Positions 30,547-38,669 of a DNA stretch of 64,000 nt are shown here, one piece after another (position 1 is the stretch's first letter; each line of letters begins with the position of its first letter). Below the pieces are notes generated by a model. That model worked only from the letters and a program-made list of their open reading frames with translations, had not been told where the DNA came from and did not search any database. Source of the DNA: Hahellaceae bacterium. Lineage in GTDB: Bacteria; Pseudomonadota; Gammaproteobacteria; Pseudomonadales; Oleiphilaceae. The stretch lies in contig JACKOD010000001.1 in the NCBI GenBank assembly GCA_024234505.1, positions 783,166 through 847,165 on the forward strand, read 5' to 3'. A program made the translations under genes and the position numbers.

Positions 30547-31490
30547 ACCAATTGTCCCTGTACTGGCCGCAAGGCGATATTCACTACGGCGCCGGCGTTA
30601 AACTCTATGCAATCATCCAGCATGCCATCGCTGAAAATCACGCCGTTTTCCGGCATGGCAGAGGCGATGGTCAGTGGTGCGCTATCCGACACCTGACCAA
30701 ACAGCATTCGCGTGCCGGTATTGCGGCTGGGGAAAGGTTCGCGGACCGAATACACAAGGCGGGCTTCGTCCCAACCGAAATTGGATAACGGTATTTGACG
30801 GTCATCTGTCCAGCCATTGGCCTGTGCGATGCCGAAACTTCCGGTAATGACGCTTTTCAGCCAGCCGGTGGAACCCAAGCCGGTGGACACAATAATGCCG
30901 CTGGAGGATTGGAATTCGCCCTCGCCAGACTGTAGTAAATGGTATCTGGCCGACGCATGCCCGCGCTGGCCGATAAAAAAGTCGTTTACCGCAACCATTT
31001 TTTGGCCATCATTGAGTTCTGCCTGAGCCATGGTAATGGATTTGCAATTGAATTTGCCCCTGAGTACGTCCGTTAAAACCTTCGCTGATTCCTTCACTTG
31101 AAAGGGCAGTAGAACCCCGTCAAAACGTGATGGATCGGGATTAATGGCAACCGTAGGCTGGCCGGACAGATATTTCAGGGTGTTGGCCACCAGTCCATCC
31201 TGACCCAGCACCACCACGATATCGTCCTGAGCGAATATAAAGTTGGCGAGAAAATCCCGATCCAGCGTTTGTACCCGTCCCAGCGCACTTAACGCCGTTT
31301 CGATCGCATTTAATGCGTTTCGATAACTCTGGTGTTCTTGTCGATAGTCGGAAAAGTCTTCCCCACGACTTTGAATATAAAACTCGGCTTGCTCCTCGGT
31401 ATTGTGTTTAAACACTAGTTCCTGCAATCGCGTGCGTCGGGTTACCAATATGATTTTCCGTTGCGAAGCCATAAGGTTTACCTCGTCCAT
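30540..31490 (-). CDS. ATP-NAD kinase-fold protein (NAD kinase / DAG-kinase-like catalytic domain), divergent
   Basis: 316 aa. GGDGT-like motif GQDGLV. NAD-kinase C-terminal motif resembling DGxxxxTPTGSTAYS (SGIIVSTGLGSTGWLKS). 5-nt gap to the upstream SPFH gene. Confidence 0.55.
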   Translation of the reverse strand: MDEVNLMASQRKIILVTRRTRLQELVFKHNTEEQAEFYIQSRGEDFSDYRQEHQSYRNALNAIETALSALGRVQTLDRDFLANFIFAQDDIVVVLGQDGLVANTLKYLSGQPTVAINPDPSRFDGVLLPFQVKESAKVLTDVLRGKFNCKSITMAQAELNDGQKMVAVNDFFIGQRGHASARYHLLQSGEGEFQSSSGIIVSTGLGSTGWLKSVITGSFGIAQANGWTDDRQIPLSNFGWDEARLVYSVREPFPSRNTGTRMLFGQVSDSAPLTIASAMPENGVIFSDGMLDDCIEFNAGAVVNIALRPVQGQLVC

Positions 31491-31495
31491 GTGGT

Positions 31496-32506
31496 TTACT
31501 TTGAATTACCCATCAGTTCGCGCATCAGGTCAGGCGAAATATTCAACTGGCCGATCTTGTCCGCGCCTTTGGCAATCTGACTAAAGGAGAGGGCGATCAG
31601 TTGTTCCGGTTTCATGCCGCTATTGGTAATGGCTTCCAGTACGCGGCTGTCGGCGGCGGCCATCGCGCGCATCGTGGAATCAATCGCGTAGGCTTTGGCG
31701 TCCGCTTCCTTACGCGCATTTTGGGTAGACAAATCCACCAGCATCTGTCGCTGTTCTTCCAGTTGAATGGTGCTTTCCAATTCCGCCCGCTGCATTTCCT
31801 GGCGTTTGAGCTGCACGGCCATTTTCGCTGCCATCTCGGCTTCTTTTACTTGCTGCTTTTTCTCTTCGACCAGTTTTTCGGTCTCCAGCTCGTTTTCCTT
31901 GATGCCGCGTTCCTGTTCCAGCGCAGCATTGCGGCGGTCGTAGATGGCTTCATCCGCTTCCTTCAAAAGTTGCTCGCGAATCGTGGACTCTAAGGCGCGT
32001 GCGGTTTCGGCATTGGGTTTGATTGCCAATATTGAAACATCCAGCACTTCGATACCCAGGCGATCTAACACCGGTGCGTTGGACAAGGCGTCGTTAAGCT
32101 GGTTGACCAGCCCTTCTGATGCCGACAGCGCTTCCTTCAGCGTGATGGTTTGAACAAAGTTGCGTGTTTGTACCTGCACCAGATTCAGCAGTCGACCTGG
32201 GAGCTTTTTAGGGGCTTCGGACGCGTAATCTGCCCCATTTTTTGCCAGCGTGAAATTCATGACGGCAGCGAGTTGTTTCGGATCTTTGATGCGATAAACC
32301 AGTTGGCCCTGAATCGACAAGGTCTGAAAATCGGCGCTGACTTCATTAAAGATAAAAGGCAGATCGCGGCTTTCCATGGGAATAGCCACCAGCGAGGTGG
32401 TTGGTGCAAAGTAAAAGCAACTCAGTCCAATGCCTTCCTTCACCAAACGGCCTTTGCGGTATTTCATTAGATAGGTGCTTGGTTCGGTTTTGATGTAGCG
32501 AAACAT
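31496..32506 (-). CDS. SPFH/band-7 (flotillin-like) protein with C-terminal coiled coil
   Basis: 336 aa. SPFH-domain N-terminus. Long Glu/Lys/Ala/Gln-rich heptad region. Confidence 0.7.
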   Translation of the reverse strand: MFRYIKTEPSTYLMKYRKGRLVKEGIGLSCFYFAPTTSLVAIPMESRDLPFIFNEVSADFQTLSIQGQLVYRIKDPKQLAAVMNFTLAKNGADYASEAPKKLPGRLLNLVQVQTRNFVQTITLKEALSASEGLVNQLNDALSNAPVLDRLGIEVLDVSILAIKPNAETARALESTIREQLLKEADEAIYDRRNAALEQERGIKENELETEKLVEEKKQQVKEAEMAAKMAVQLKRQEMQRAELESTIQLEEQRQMLVDLSTQNARKEADAKAYAIDSTMRAMAAADSRVLEAITNSGMKPEQLIALSFSQIAKGADKIGQLNISPDLMRELMGNSK

Positions 32507-32783
32507 AGTGAACTCCTTCTCTTGTTAGACGCTTTTTGACATGAATGTCTATTAATATTGGCAGTATGCCACTTATATTTAATTAATAGTGGCAAAGAGA
32601 CACTATGTTGTCAATGCCGGAAAGGTATCGTTTTTTTGTTAAGCTGTAAAATAAACGTACAATGCCCGTCCTAGCAGGTTTGACATCAACAGGGATACGT
32701 TTAGAAGGTAGGCGGCCCGTCCACGCCTACAGAATGGCAGCCTCTGAGTGAGCTAATGCGATAAAAAAGGTAACAGATTCATC

Positions 32784-34295
32784 ATGATGAATAAGAAAAC
32801 AAATAATGCGAAGTATCTTCCTTGGATTCTAACGGCGTCAGTAAGTCTGTTTACTGGTGCAACACAAGCCAGATTGATGGTGGGCGAAGGCGTGGCTGAC
32901 AGCCGTGAACAAGCGGGTAAACTGGCGTTGTCTGATCTGGCCAGCCAGATATTTGTGCAGGTAGAAAGCCGTGCCGATGTGCAGCAGTCCGAAAGTCAGG
33001 GCAGCTCGTACAGTCAGAATATTGCCACCCAGACCGATTTGCCGCTCATGGGCGCCAAGGTGGAATGCTATGAACAGTTTGGCAAACCTACCTGTCAGGC
33101 TTCGCTGGAAACCAGCGCCGCCACGGCCTTGTATCTGGGCAAAATGGACGATGAGGTGGCGAGCCTCAAGCAGGAATTGGCGGTGATGAAAAAGCAGCCC
33201 AAAGGCGATCACTATGCGCGCATCAATCGTATGTTGCAGGCCATCGACAGTTACGAAAAATACCGTACGGTACTGAACTTTTTTACCGGGGGCCAGACCA
33301 AGGTTGCCTCTTTGCCCGCCAGTCGCGCCGACTTGCTACAACAGATGGAGCGCTATCAACAGCAGGTTAAAAGCCTGCGTACGGCGGCCGACGTTATCGG
33401 GCAGGGTATCGGGCAGCAAAATCTTCTGATCAAGGCACCGACTCCGCAAGGCGTCAATGAAGTTACCCCTCTGGGGCGCGCACTGTACGATGAACTTCAG
33501 CGCAGTTTGCTTAATCGTCAGGCGAAAGATGAAAGTGGTGCTGATTATGTGTTGTCCGGGCAGTATGAAGAAGTGAAACAGGGCGTACGCCTGAGTATGG
33601 CCTTAAAAGACCAAACCGGCAAAACGCTGAGCTACAAAACCCTGTTATTAGACCCCGTTGCTTACGCCCAATTCGACCCCAAACCCCAGCACCTGGATTT
33701 CGACGCACTGGTCAAGCATGGCTACGTGCTGGACAACCAGTTCCGGGTCGAACTCACCACCGACAAAGGCCAGCGCCAACTGCATTACAATGCCTGCGAC
33801 CCAGTGCAACTGCTCGTGCGGGCCAACCGCCCCACCTGGTATTACATTGTGGGCCACACCCAGAACGACAAAGAACGCTTTTCCTACTTACTGGAGCTGA
33901 ACGGCTACGGTCAGGAAGGCAGCCCGGAGCGCTTTACCGGTAAAATCGGTGCGGGCAATCTCAATACCTACCAGGCCTTGTTTGATGGCTTTTACGTGAT
34001 TGCGCCCTTCGGCAACGAAACCTTCCAGTTGTTTGGCAGTGACCAGCCGATTGAAAAACGTTTGCCGAAAACCCGCGCGCAAGTCAGGGACGGTTATACC
34101 TATTACGTTTTGGTGGACAACGATGGCCAGCCCAGTGCGCCGGAAAAAGCGGTTAGCACCACGCGCGGATTAATAGCGGCGCATCAGGTGAAAAAGGCGC
34201 AGGGCGCGAGCCAGCCTGCACGCTATTCGGAATCGGTGTTGTCTTATCAGACTTACTCGACGTCACAGTACCAAAAACGCGGTTGTGATATATAA
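32784..34295 (+). CDS. Secreted protein with LPP20-like N-terminal region and DUF4384-like C-terminal region (partner of caspase-family protein)
   Basis: 503 aa. Signal peptide (...LFTGATQA). C-terminal region resembles the DUF4384 module that accompanies bacterial caspase proteins. Assignment by similarity from memory. Confidence 0.4.
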   Translation: MMNKKTNNAKYLPWILTASVSLFTGATQARLMVGEGVADSREQAGKLALSDLASQIFVQVESRADVQQSESQGSSYSQNIATQTDLPLMGAKVECYEQFGKPTCQASLETSAATALYLGKMDDEVASLKQELAVMKKQPKGDHYARINRMLQAIDSYEKYRTVLNFFTGGQTKVASLPASRADLLQQMERYQQQVKSLRTAADVIGQGIGQQNLLIKAPTPQGVNEVTPLGRALYDELQRSLLNRQAKDESGADYVLSGQYEEVKQGVRLSMALKDQTGKTLSYKTLLLDPVAYAQFDPKPQHLDFDALVKHGYVLDNQFRVELTTDKGQRQLHYNACDPVQLLVRANRPTWYYIVGHTQNDKERFSYLLELNGYGQEGSPERFTGKIGAGNLNTYQALFDGFYVIAPFGNETFQLFGSDQPIEKRLPKTRAQVRDGYTYYVLVDNDGQPSAPEKAVSTTRGLIAAHQVKKAQGASQPARYSESVLSYQTYSTSQYQKRGCDI

Positions 34296-34346
34296 CCTCA
34301 TTCGACGCGCCTGAAGAAATGCGAAATTGCAGGAGGAAAGAATACA

Positions 34347-36230
34347 ATGCCACAGGTTGTCCGTTATGGTCTGGTGCTAATTTGCCTGTTGGGTGGATTT
34401 ACTCAAGTATGGGCTGAAACCCGTACCGCGCTGGTGATTGGAAACAGTGCCTACCGGGATGCGCCGTTGAAAAATCCGGCGAATGACGCAACCGATGTCG
34501 CTAAATTACTGCGTAGTCTGGAGTTTGACGTCGTTCTGAAAACCAATGCCACGCAAGAGGCCATGGAAGACGCCATTCGCGACTTCGGCAAAGCATTGGA
34601 GAAAAAAGGCGGAGTAGGGCTGTTTTTCTACGCGGGGCACGGCGTGCAGTCGCAGGGTAAAAACTACCTGATTCCGGTGGATGCCCAGCTCGAACGGGAA
34701 AAAGATCTGCGCTACCGCGCCGTTAATCTGGGTCAGCTGCTGGATGAAATGCGCTTTGCCAAAAACGGCCTGAACATTGCCATTCTCGATGCCTGCCGTA
34801 ATAACCCGCTGACACGCAGCTTCCGCTCCAGTGAACGCGGGTTGGCCCCCACGACCGATGCACCAAAGGGCTTGTTTTTGGCGTATTCTACCTCGCCCAA
34901 CGAAGTGGCCGCCGACGGCGAAGGCCGTAACAGTCCCTTTACCGAGCAGCTCAAGCTGGCACTAACCAAACCGGGGCTACCTCTGGAACTCACTTTTAAG
35001 GAAGTGGTGAAAGGGGTTAAAAAAGTCACACAGGAAAAGCAGGTGCCCTGGTTCAACTCCTCGGTAAGTGGCGATTTTTATTTTAAACCCGCTACACCGG
35101 CGCAGGCTCCAGTGGTCACGCCAACCATTGGGCCCTCAGCAGTACCCGGCAAGGCGGTGGACGCACTGGCCTGGACTTATGTTGAAAACAGCCAGGATGT
35201 CAGAGACTTTGCGGCTTTTCAGAAGCAGTTCCCTAACTCGCAGTATGCTTTTCTGGCTAAGATTCGCGAGCAGCAATTGCAGCGTACCTCCGCGCCAGCG
35301 GCCCCGGTGGCAGAAAAATATGCCCTAACCGTGCAAGCTACCCCGGCTAATGCAAAAATCCGCATTCTCAATATCGGCCCCGCTTATCGTGACGGTATTC
35401 AACTGACACCGGGAGATTATCACCTTGAAGTCAGCGCGAGAGGTTACGAAATGCAAAGGGAATGGGTCTCGCTGGGTAATATCGACCTTACGCACCGCAT
35501 AGTATTGAACAAAACGTCTACGTCTAGCCGGGCAACCCAACTAGGGCTGGAATTTGTGACGATTCCGGCAGGCAGTTTTATGATGGGCTCCGATGACGGT
35601 GATAACGACGAAAAGCCTGTACGAAAGGTTCAGGTGCCGTCGTTTAAGCTAATGAAATATGAAGTCACCCAAGGCCAGTGGCAGGCGGTGATGGGGTCTA
35701 ATCCGTCGTATTTCAGCAGTTGTGGCCAGAACTGCCCGGTGGAAAATGTTAGTTGGAATAACGTTCAGCAGTTTATCCATAAGCTCAACCAGCAAACCGG
35801 CCTGACCTTCCGTTTGCCGAGTGAGGCCGAATGGGAGTATGCAGCACGGGCGGGTACGACCACTGCCTTTTCCTTTGGCGATCAGATTACGACCGAGCAG
35901 GCCAATTTTAAAGGAAACTATACCTATAATGGCAGTCAAAAAGGTGTTTACCTAGGAAAAACCGTTCGTGTAGACAGCTTCCAGCCCAATAACTGGGGGC
36001 TTTATAATATGCACGGTAATGTCTCGGAGTTGACAGAAGATTGCTGGAATTATTTTAATAAAGACTATATCAATAGTCGTGCCAGAAGTGACGGTGATTG
36101 CTCGCTTCGTGTGCTGCGTGGCGGCTCCTGGGCCAACGAACCGCGCTACCTTCGTTCGGCCAGCCGTAACAGTTTCTTCATCGGCTTTCGCGACTATTTC
36201 GCCGGCTTTCGTCTCGTGCAGGGCCTCTAG
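34347..36230 (+). CDS. Exported caspase-family (peptidase C14) protein fused to PEGA domain and FGE-sulfatase (SUMF1-like) domain
   Basis: 627 aa. Signal peptide. Caspase catalytic dyad context YAGHG ... DACRNNP. PEGA-like segment (YALTVQATPANAKIRILNIGPAYRDGIQLTPGDYHLEV). FGE-sulfatase motifs (MGSDDGDNDEKP, EAEWEYAARAG, WGLYNMHGNVSELTEDCW, RVLRGGSW). Confidence 0.75.
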   Translation: MPQVVRYGLVLICLLGGFTQVWAETRTALVIGNSAYRDAPLKNPANDATDVAKLLRSLEFDVVLKTNATQEAMEDAIRDFGKALEKKGGVGLFFYAGHGVQSQGKNYLIPVDAQLEREKDLRYRAVNLGQLLDEMRFAKNGLNIAILDACRNNPLTRSFRSSERGLAPTTDAPKGLFLAYSTSPNEVAADGEGRNSPFTEQLKLALTKPGLPLELTFKEVVKGVKKVTQEKQVPWFNSSVSGDFYFKPATPAQAPVVTPTIGPSAVPGKAVDALAWTYVENSQDVRDFAAFQKQFPNSQYAFLAKIREQQLQRTSAPAAPVAEKYALTVQATPANAKIRILNIGPAYRDGIQLTPGDYHLEVSARGYEMQREWVSLGNIDLTHRIVLNKTSTSSRATQLGLEFVTIPAGSFMMGSDDGDNDEKPVRKVQVPSFKLMKYEVTQGQWQAVMGSNPSYFSSCGQNCPVENVSWNNVQQFIHKLNQQTGLTFRLPSEAEWEYAARAGTTTAFSFGDQITTEQANFKGNYTYNGSQKGVYLGKTVRVDSFQPNNWGLYNMHGNVSELTEDCWNYFNKDYINSRARSDGDCSLRVLRGGSWANEPRYLRSASRNSFFIGFRDYFAGFRLVQGL

Positions 36231-36294
36231 CGTCTTTTGGCTAGCGGTTACCCTTTGCGGAGCGTTAGCGACCCTGGAAATAGCTGTGCGAATT

Positions 36295-36345
36295 CCGCTC
36301 AGGCGGCTTCGCCCGCGCGGCGAGGACACCCCGCCTGCTGGGTGT
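36295..36345. repeat. About 50-bp repeat, copy A (GCGCGGCGAGGACACCCCGCCTGCTGGGTGT core); direct repeat of 38041-38092
   Basis: About 85% identity to copy B in the same orientation. Confidence 0.6.
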
Positions 36346-36464
36346 TTAGCCGGTCCGCCGATTTTGCTGCATCAGAAATAGCAGAATTGGATGCCAAAGG
36401 TGAAGTAGTTGGTTTGGGTCGCTTATTGTCGCGGGTAATGGATCTGAAACTAGCGCCTGCTGCC

Positions 36465-36492
36465 AGTACTTAGTACTTAGTACTTAGTACTA
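36465..36492. repeat. Tandem heptanucleotide repeat (AGTACTT)x3 plus one imperfect unit
   Basis: Read directly. Lies between the convergent 3' ends of the caspase gene and the 36529 gene. Confidence 0.8.
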
Positions 36493-36528
36493 AGTGCTAA
36501 TAAGTTATCCCCCACAATGTACCTCGCT

Positions 36529-37851
36529 CTACCTGTTGCCCTGTATCATCGATAATATCCATTGACCCGGCCGCACAATCAGCACATAAAAAATGCCCCA
36601 AAGGGTGGTAAGTACAACATAAGCAAAGCACCAACCACCTGCCACTGGCAAGAACACCAGCAGAAATAGAGCAAAATGCAGCGGCCTGAGCAGTAAATAC
36701 AGTGGCCACTGTTGCCAATGCTCGGGTCGATGCAGGCGCCATATGGCATTCCAGGCACGCCAGGTAGTGAGGGATGCCAGAAAACCCAAAAAGCCGGAAA
36801 TGATCAGATAAGTCTGCAGATAGGTCGGGATAAACGGCACGATGCGCTGGTCAAGTTCCTGGCCTCGCGCTTCATTGGGTGCGGCCAACACAATCGACTT
36901 GACTACAAGATGTTTGGCCGTGTGGGCGGCTACATCGCCAATGCTTAAGCCGGCGTCGCTTGCGGCAGTCAGATTCGGTACAGGACGTGTCTGAATCAAA
37001 CTCTGGCTCCCTTGGCCTTGGGCCAACTGATAAACAAAACGCTCATCACTTAAACCGGCAAATTGTTGTAGAAAGCCTGCCGTGTGATTTTCGGCGAGAC
37101 TGCCGGACAGCATGACTTCAGTGTGCTTTTGCGCTTCTGCCAGTACCTTGGTGGGGTTGGGAGCATCAAGCATGATCAGTTGAATGTCGTGTGTTTCGGC
37201 CTGGGCTTTTAGCAAAATGCGACTGGCATCGGGCAATTGGTTGCCTGCCACGACCAGCGTTTTCCGCGACATGGTTGACATGGCGGCAAGTGTTTCCTGT
37301 AGCGAATCAGATGCTGAGCCGATTTCACGAAAACTGATCTGGCCGGGCTTCCAGGGGCGCTGCAGGTGCCATAACCCTGATTGCAATTGCGTGATGTCAG
37401 CCACGGGCATGTCGATATTGGAAAAATTGAGTTCCCAATTTGGATTTACGCCGGTCGGGCGCCTCAGCGTAAATACTGCGTCATTTTTGGTTTTTAGCAA
37501 GATTGGCAGACTGTCCGGCAGGTTCTCGAAGTGTTTCAAGGAGCCGGGTAAATCCCGCGCATCAAGAAGCAGCGCGTGGGGAGCCGGTTGCAGGCGGGCA
37601 ACATCTTCAATCGTTTTAATTACATGTAGCTGACCATCAGCTCCTTCCAGAATCCATTCACCGCCTTCACGCGGGCGCAGGGAGGCAATGTGTTTGTCGT
37701 GTAGACCTTCCGGTAGTTTCAGTTTGTGAAGGGGGACGTCGACATCGACGTGCCTGGCTACTTTGCCCACTTTGGTCAACTCAGACAGAAAACCGCCGTG
37801 GGCGAAGGATGTTAATAGGCTGATGAGCCAAATTATCCAAACTTTTTTCAT
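36529..37851 (-). CDS. Hypothetical exported/membrane protein (N-terminal signal, C-terminal 3-4 TM helices)
   Basis: 440 aa, no recognisable family. Flanked by direct repeats and microsatellites. Confidence 0.5.
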   Translation of the reverse strand: MKKVWIIWLISLLTSFAHGGFLSELTKVGKVARHVDVDVPLHKLKLPEGLHDKHIASLRPREGGEWILEGADGQLHVIKTIEDVARLQPAPHALLLDARDLPGSLKHFENLPDSLPILLKTKNDAVFTLRRPTGVNPNWELNFSNIDMPVADITQLQSGLWHLQRPWKPGQISFREIGSASDSLQETLAAMSTMSRKTLVVAGNQLPDASRILLKAQAETHDIQLIMLDAPNPTKVLAEAQKHTEVMLSGSLAENHTAGFLQQFAGLSDERFVYQLAQGQGSQSLIQTRPVPNLTAASDAGLSIGDVAAHTAKHLVVKSIVLAAPNEARGQELDQRIVPFIPTYLQTYLIISGFLGFLASLTTWRAWNAIWRLHRPEHWQQWPLYLLLRPLHFALFLLVFLPVAGGWCFAYVVLTTLWGIFYVLIVRPGQWILSMIQGNR

Positions 37852-37872
37852 GCTTTTTTACTATCGTCAGGT

Positions 37873-37914
37873 CGCTAAACGCTAAACGCTAAACGCTAAA
37901 CGCTAAACGCTAAA
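37873..37914. repeat. Perfect tandem heptanucleotide repeat (CGCTAAA)x6, 22 bp upstream of the 36529-37851 gene start
   Basis: Read directly. Unit length is not a multiple of 3. Located in the promoter/5' UTR region. Confidence 0.9.
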
Positions 37915-38040
37915 TATCTCGCGACTAATGTTCCGTTTAAAAAGATAGAAACTCCATTCGGACTAAAGTTTGACTTACCTGTAAGAAGAATAACACCGAC
38001 AATTGCGATCGGTCTTGCTGGGTAATGGTCATGGATGACA

Positions 38041-38092
38041 CCCCTCAGATGGCTTCGGCCTGCGCGGCGAGGACGCCCCGCCTACTGTGTGT
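38041..38092. repeat. About 50-bp repeat, copy B (GCGCGGCGAGGACGCCCCGCCTACTGTGTGTG core)
   Basis: Direct repeat of 36295-36345. Confidence 0.6.
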
Positions 38093-38137
38093 GCAACATC
38101 TTCAACTGGGTATAGTCGAATTTTCTTAACGCGCGGA

Positions 38138-38587
38138 TTAATGGCGGTGTAGCCCCGTTAAATGCGTGGGTGCTTCGGATTCCACCTCGGCAATGTTCTG
38201 ACAAGATAGCCCCTCAATAATTCCGCATTGGTTCACTTCGCGATGGTCTCCGCAATTCTGACGCAGGGTGCGTAATTGCGTTGAGAGTGACTGCAAGGCA
38301 TGGATGCGGGCCTCCACATGCTGAATATGTTCGTCGATCAGGTCATTTATTTCGTGGCAATCATCCTTAGGATGATCGCGCATGGCCAGTAACAGGCGAA
38401 TTTCTTCCAGACTCATATCGAGCGTGCGACAGTTGCGAATGAACAGCAGGCGCTCCAGATCTGCCTCGCGGTAAACTCGGTAATTGCCGTCGCTGCGGGA
38501 AGGTGTGGGTACGAGGCCTTCTTTTTCCCAGTAGCGAATGGTTTCGACCGGGCAGTTAATTCGCTTGGCGAGTTCTCCGATTTTCAT
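38138..38587 (-). CDS. MerR-family heavy-metal-responsive transcriptional regulator (ZntR/CadR/PbrR-like)
   Basis: 150 aa from the MKIGELAKR start. HTH (GLVPTPSRSDGNYRVY). C-terminal Cys residues. The longer upstream track ORF is rejected. Confidence 0.8.
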   Translation of the reverse strand: MKIGELAKRINCPVETIRYWEKEGLVPTPSRSDGNYRVYREADLERLLFIRNCRTLDMSLEEIRLLLAMRDHPKDDCHEINDLIDEHIQHVEARIHALQSLSTQLRTLRQNCGDHREVNQCGIIEGLSCQNIAEVESEAPTHLTGLHRH

Positions 38588-38669
38588 TTTTTGTTTCCTC
38601 TGGCCTATTGACCCTATAGTAGCTTCAGGGTGTCTACTGGACAACAGATCAATAGCATATGGAGTATCA
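38588..38669. promoter_or_regulatory. Divergent MerR-type promoter/operator: TTGACC, 19-bp spacer containing dyad ACCCTATAG..CAGGGT, then -10
   Basis: The 19-bp -35/-10 spacing and the imperfect palindrome overlapping the spacer are typical of MerR-family operators. Sits between the divergent regulator and ATPase starts. Confidence 0.5.

Noticed and set aside
36465-37914. Tandem heptamer arrays considered as a possible CRISPR array
   Set aside because: The units are 7 bp, contiguous and spacer-less. These are microsatellites, not repeat-spacer arrays.
38538-38669. Upstream start (38538) for the P-type ATPase
   Set aside because: No RBS. It would overlap the MerR-type operator. The MMSGG start at 38670 has a GGAG RBS.
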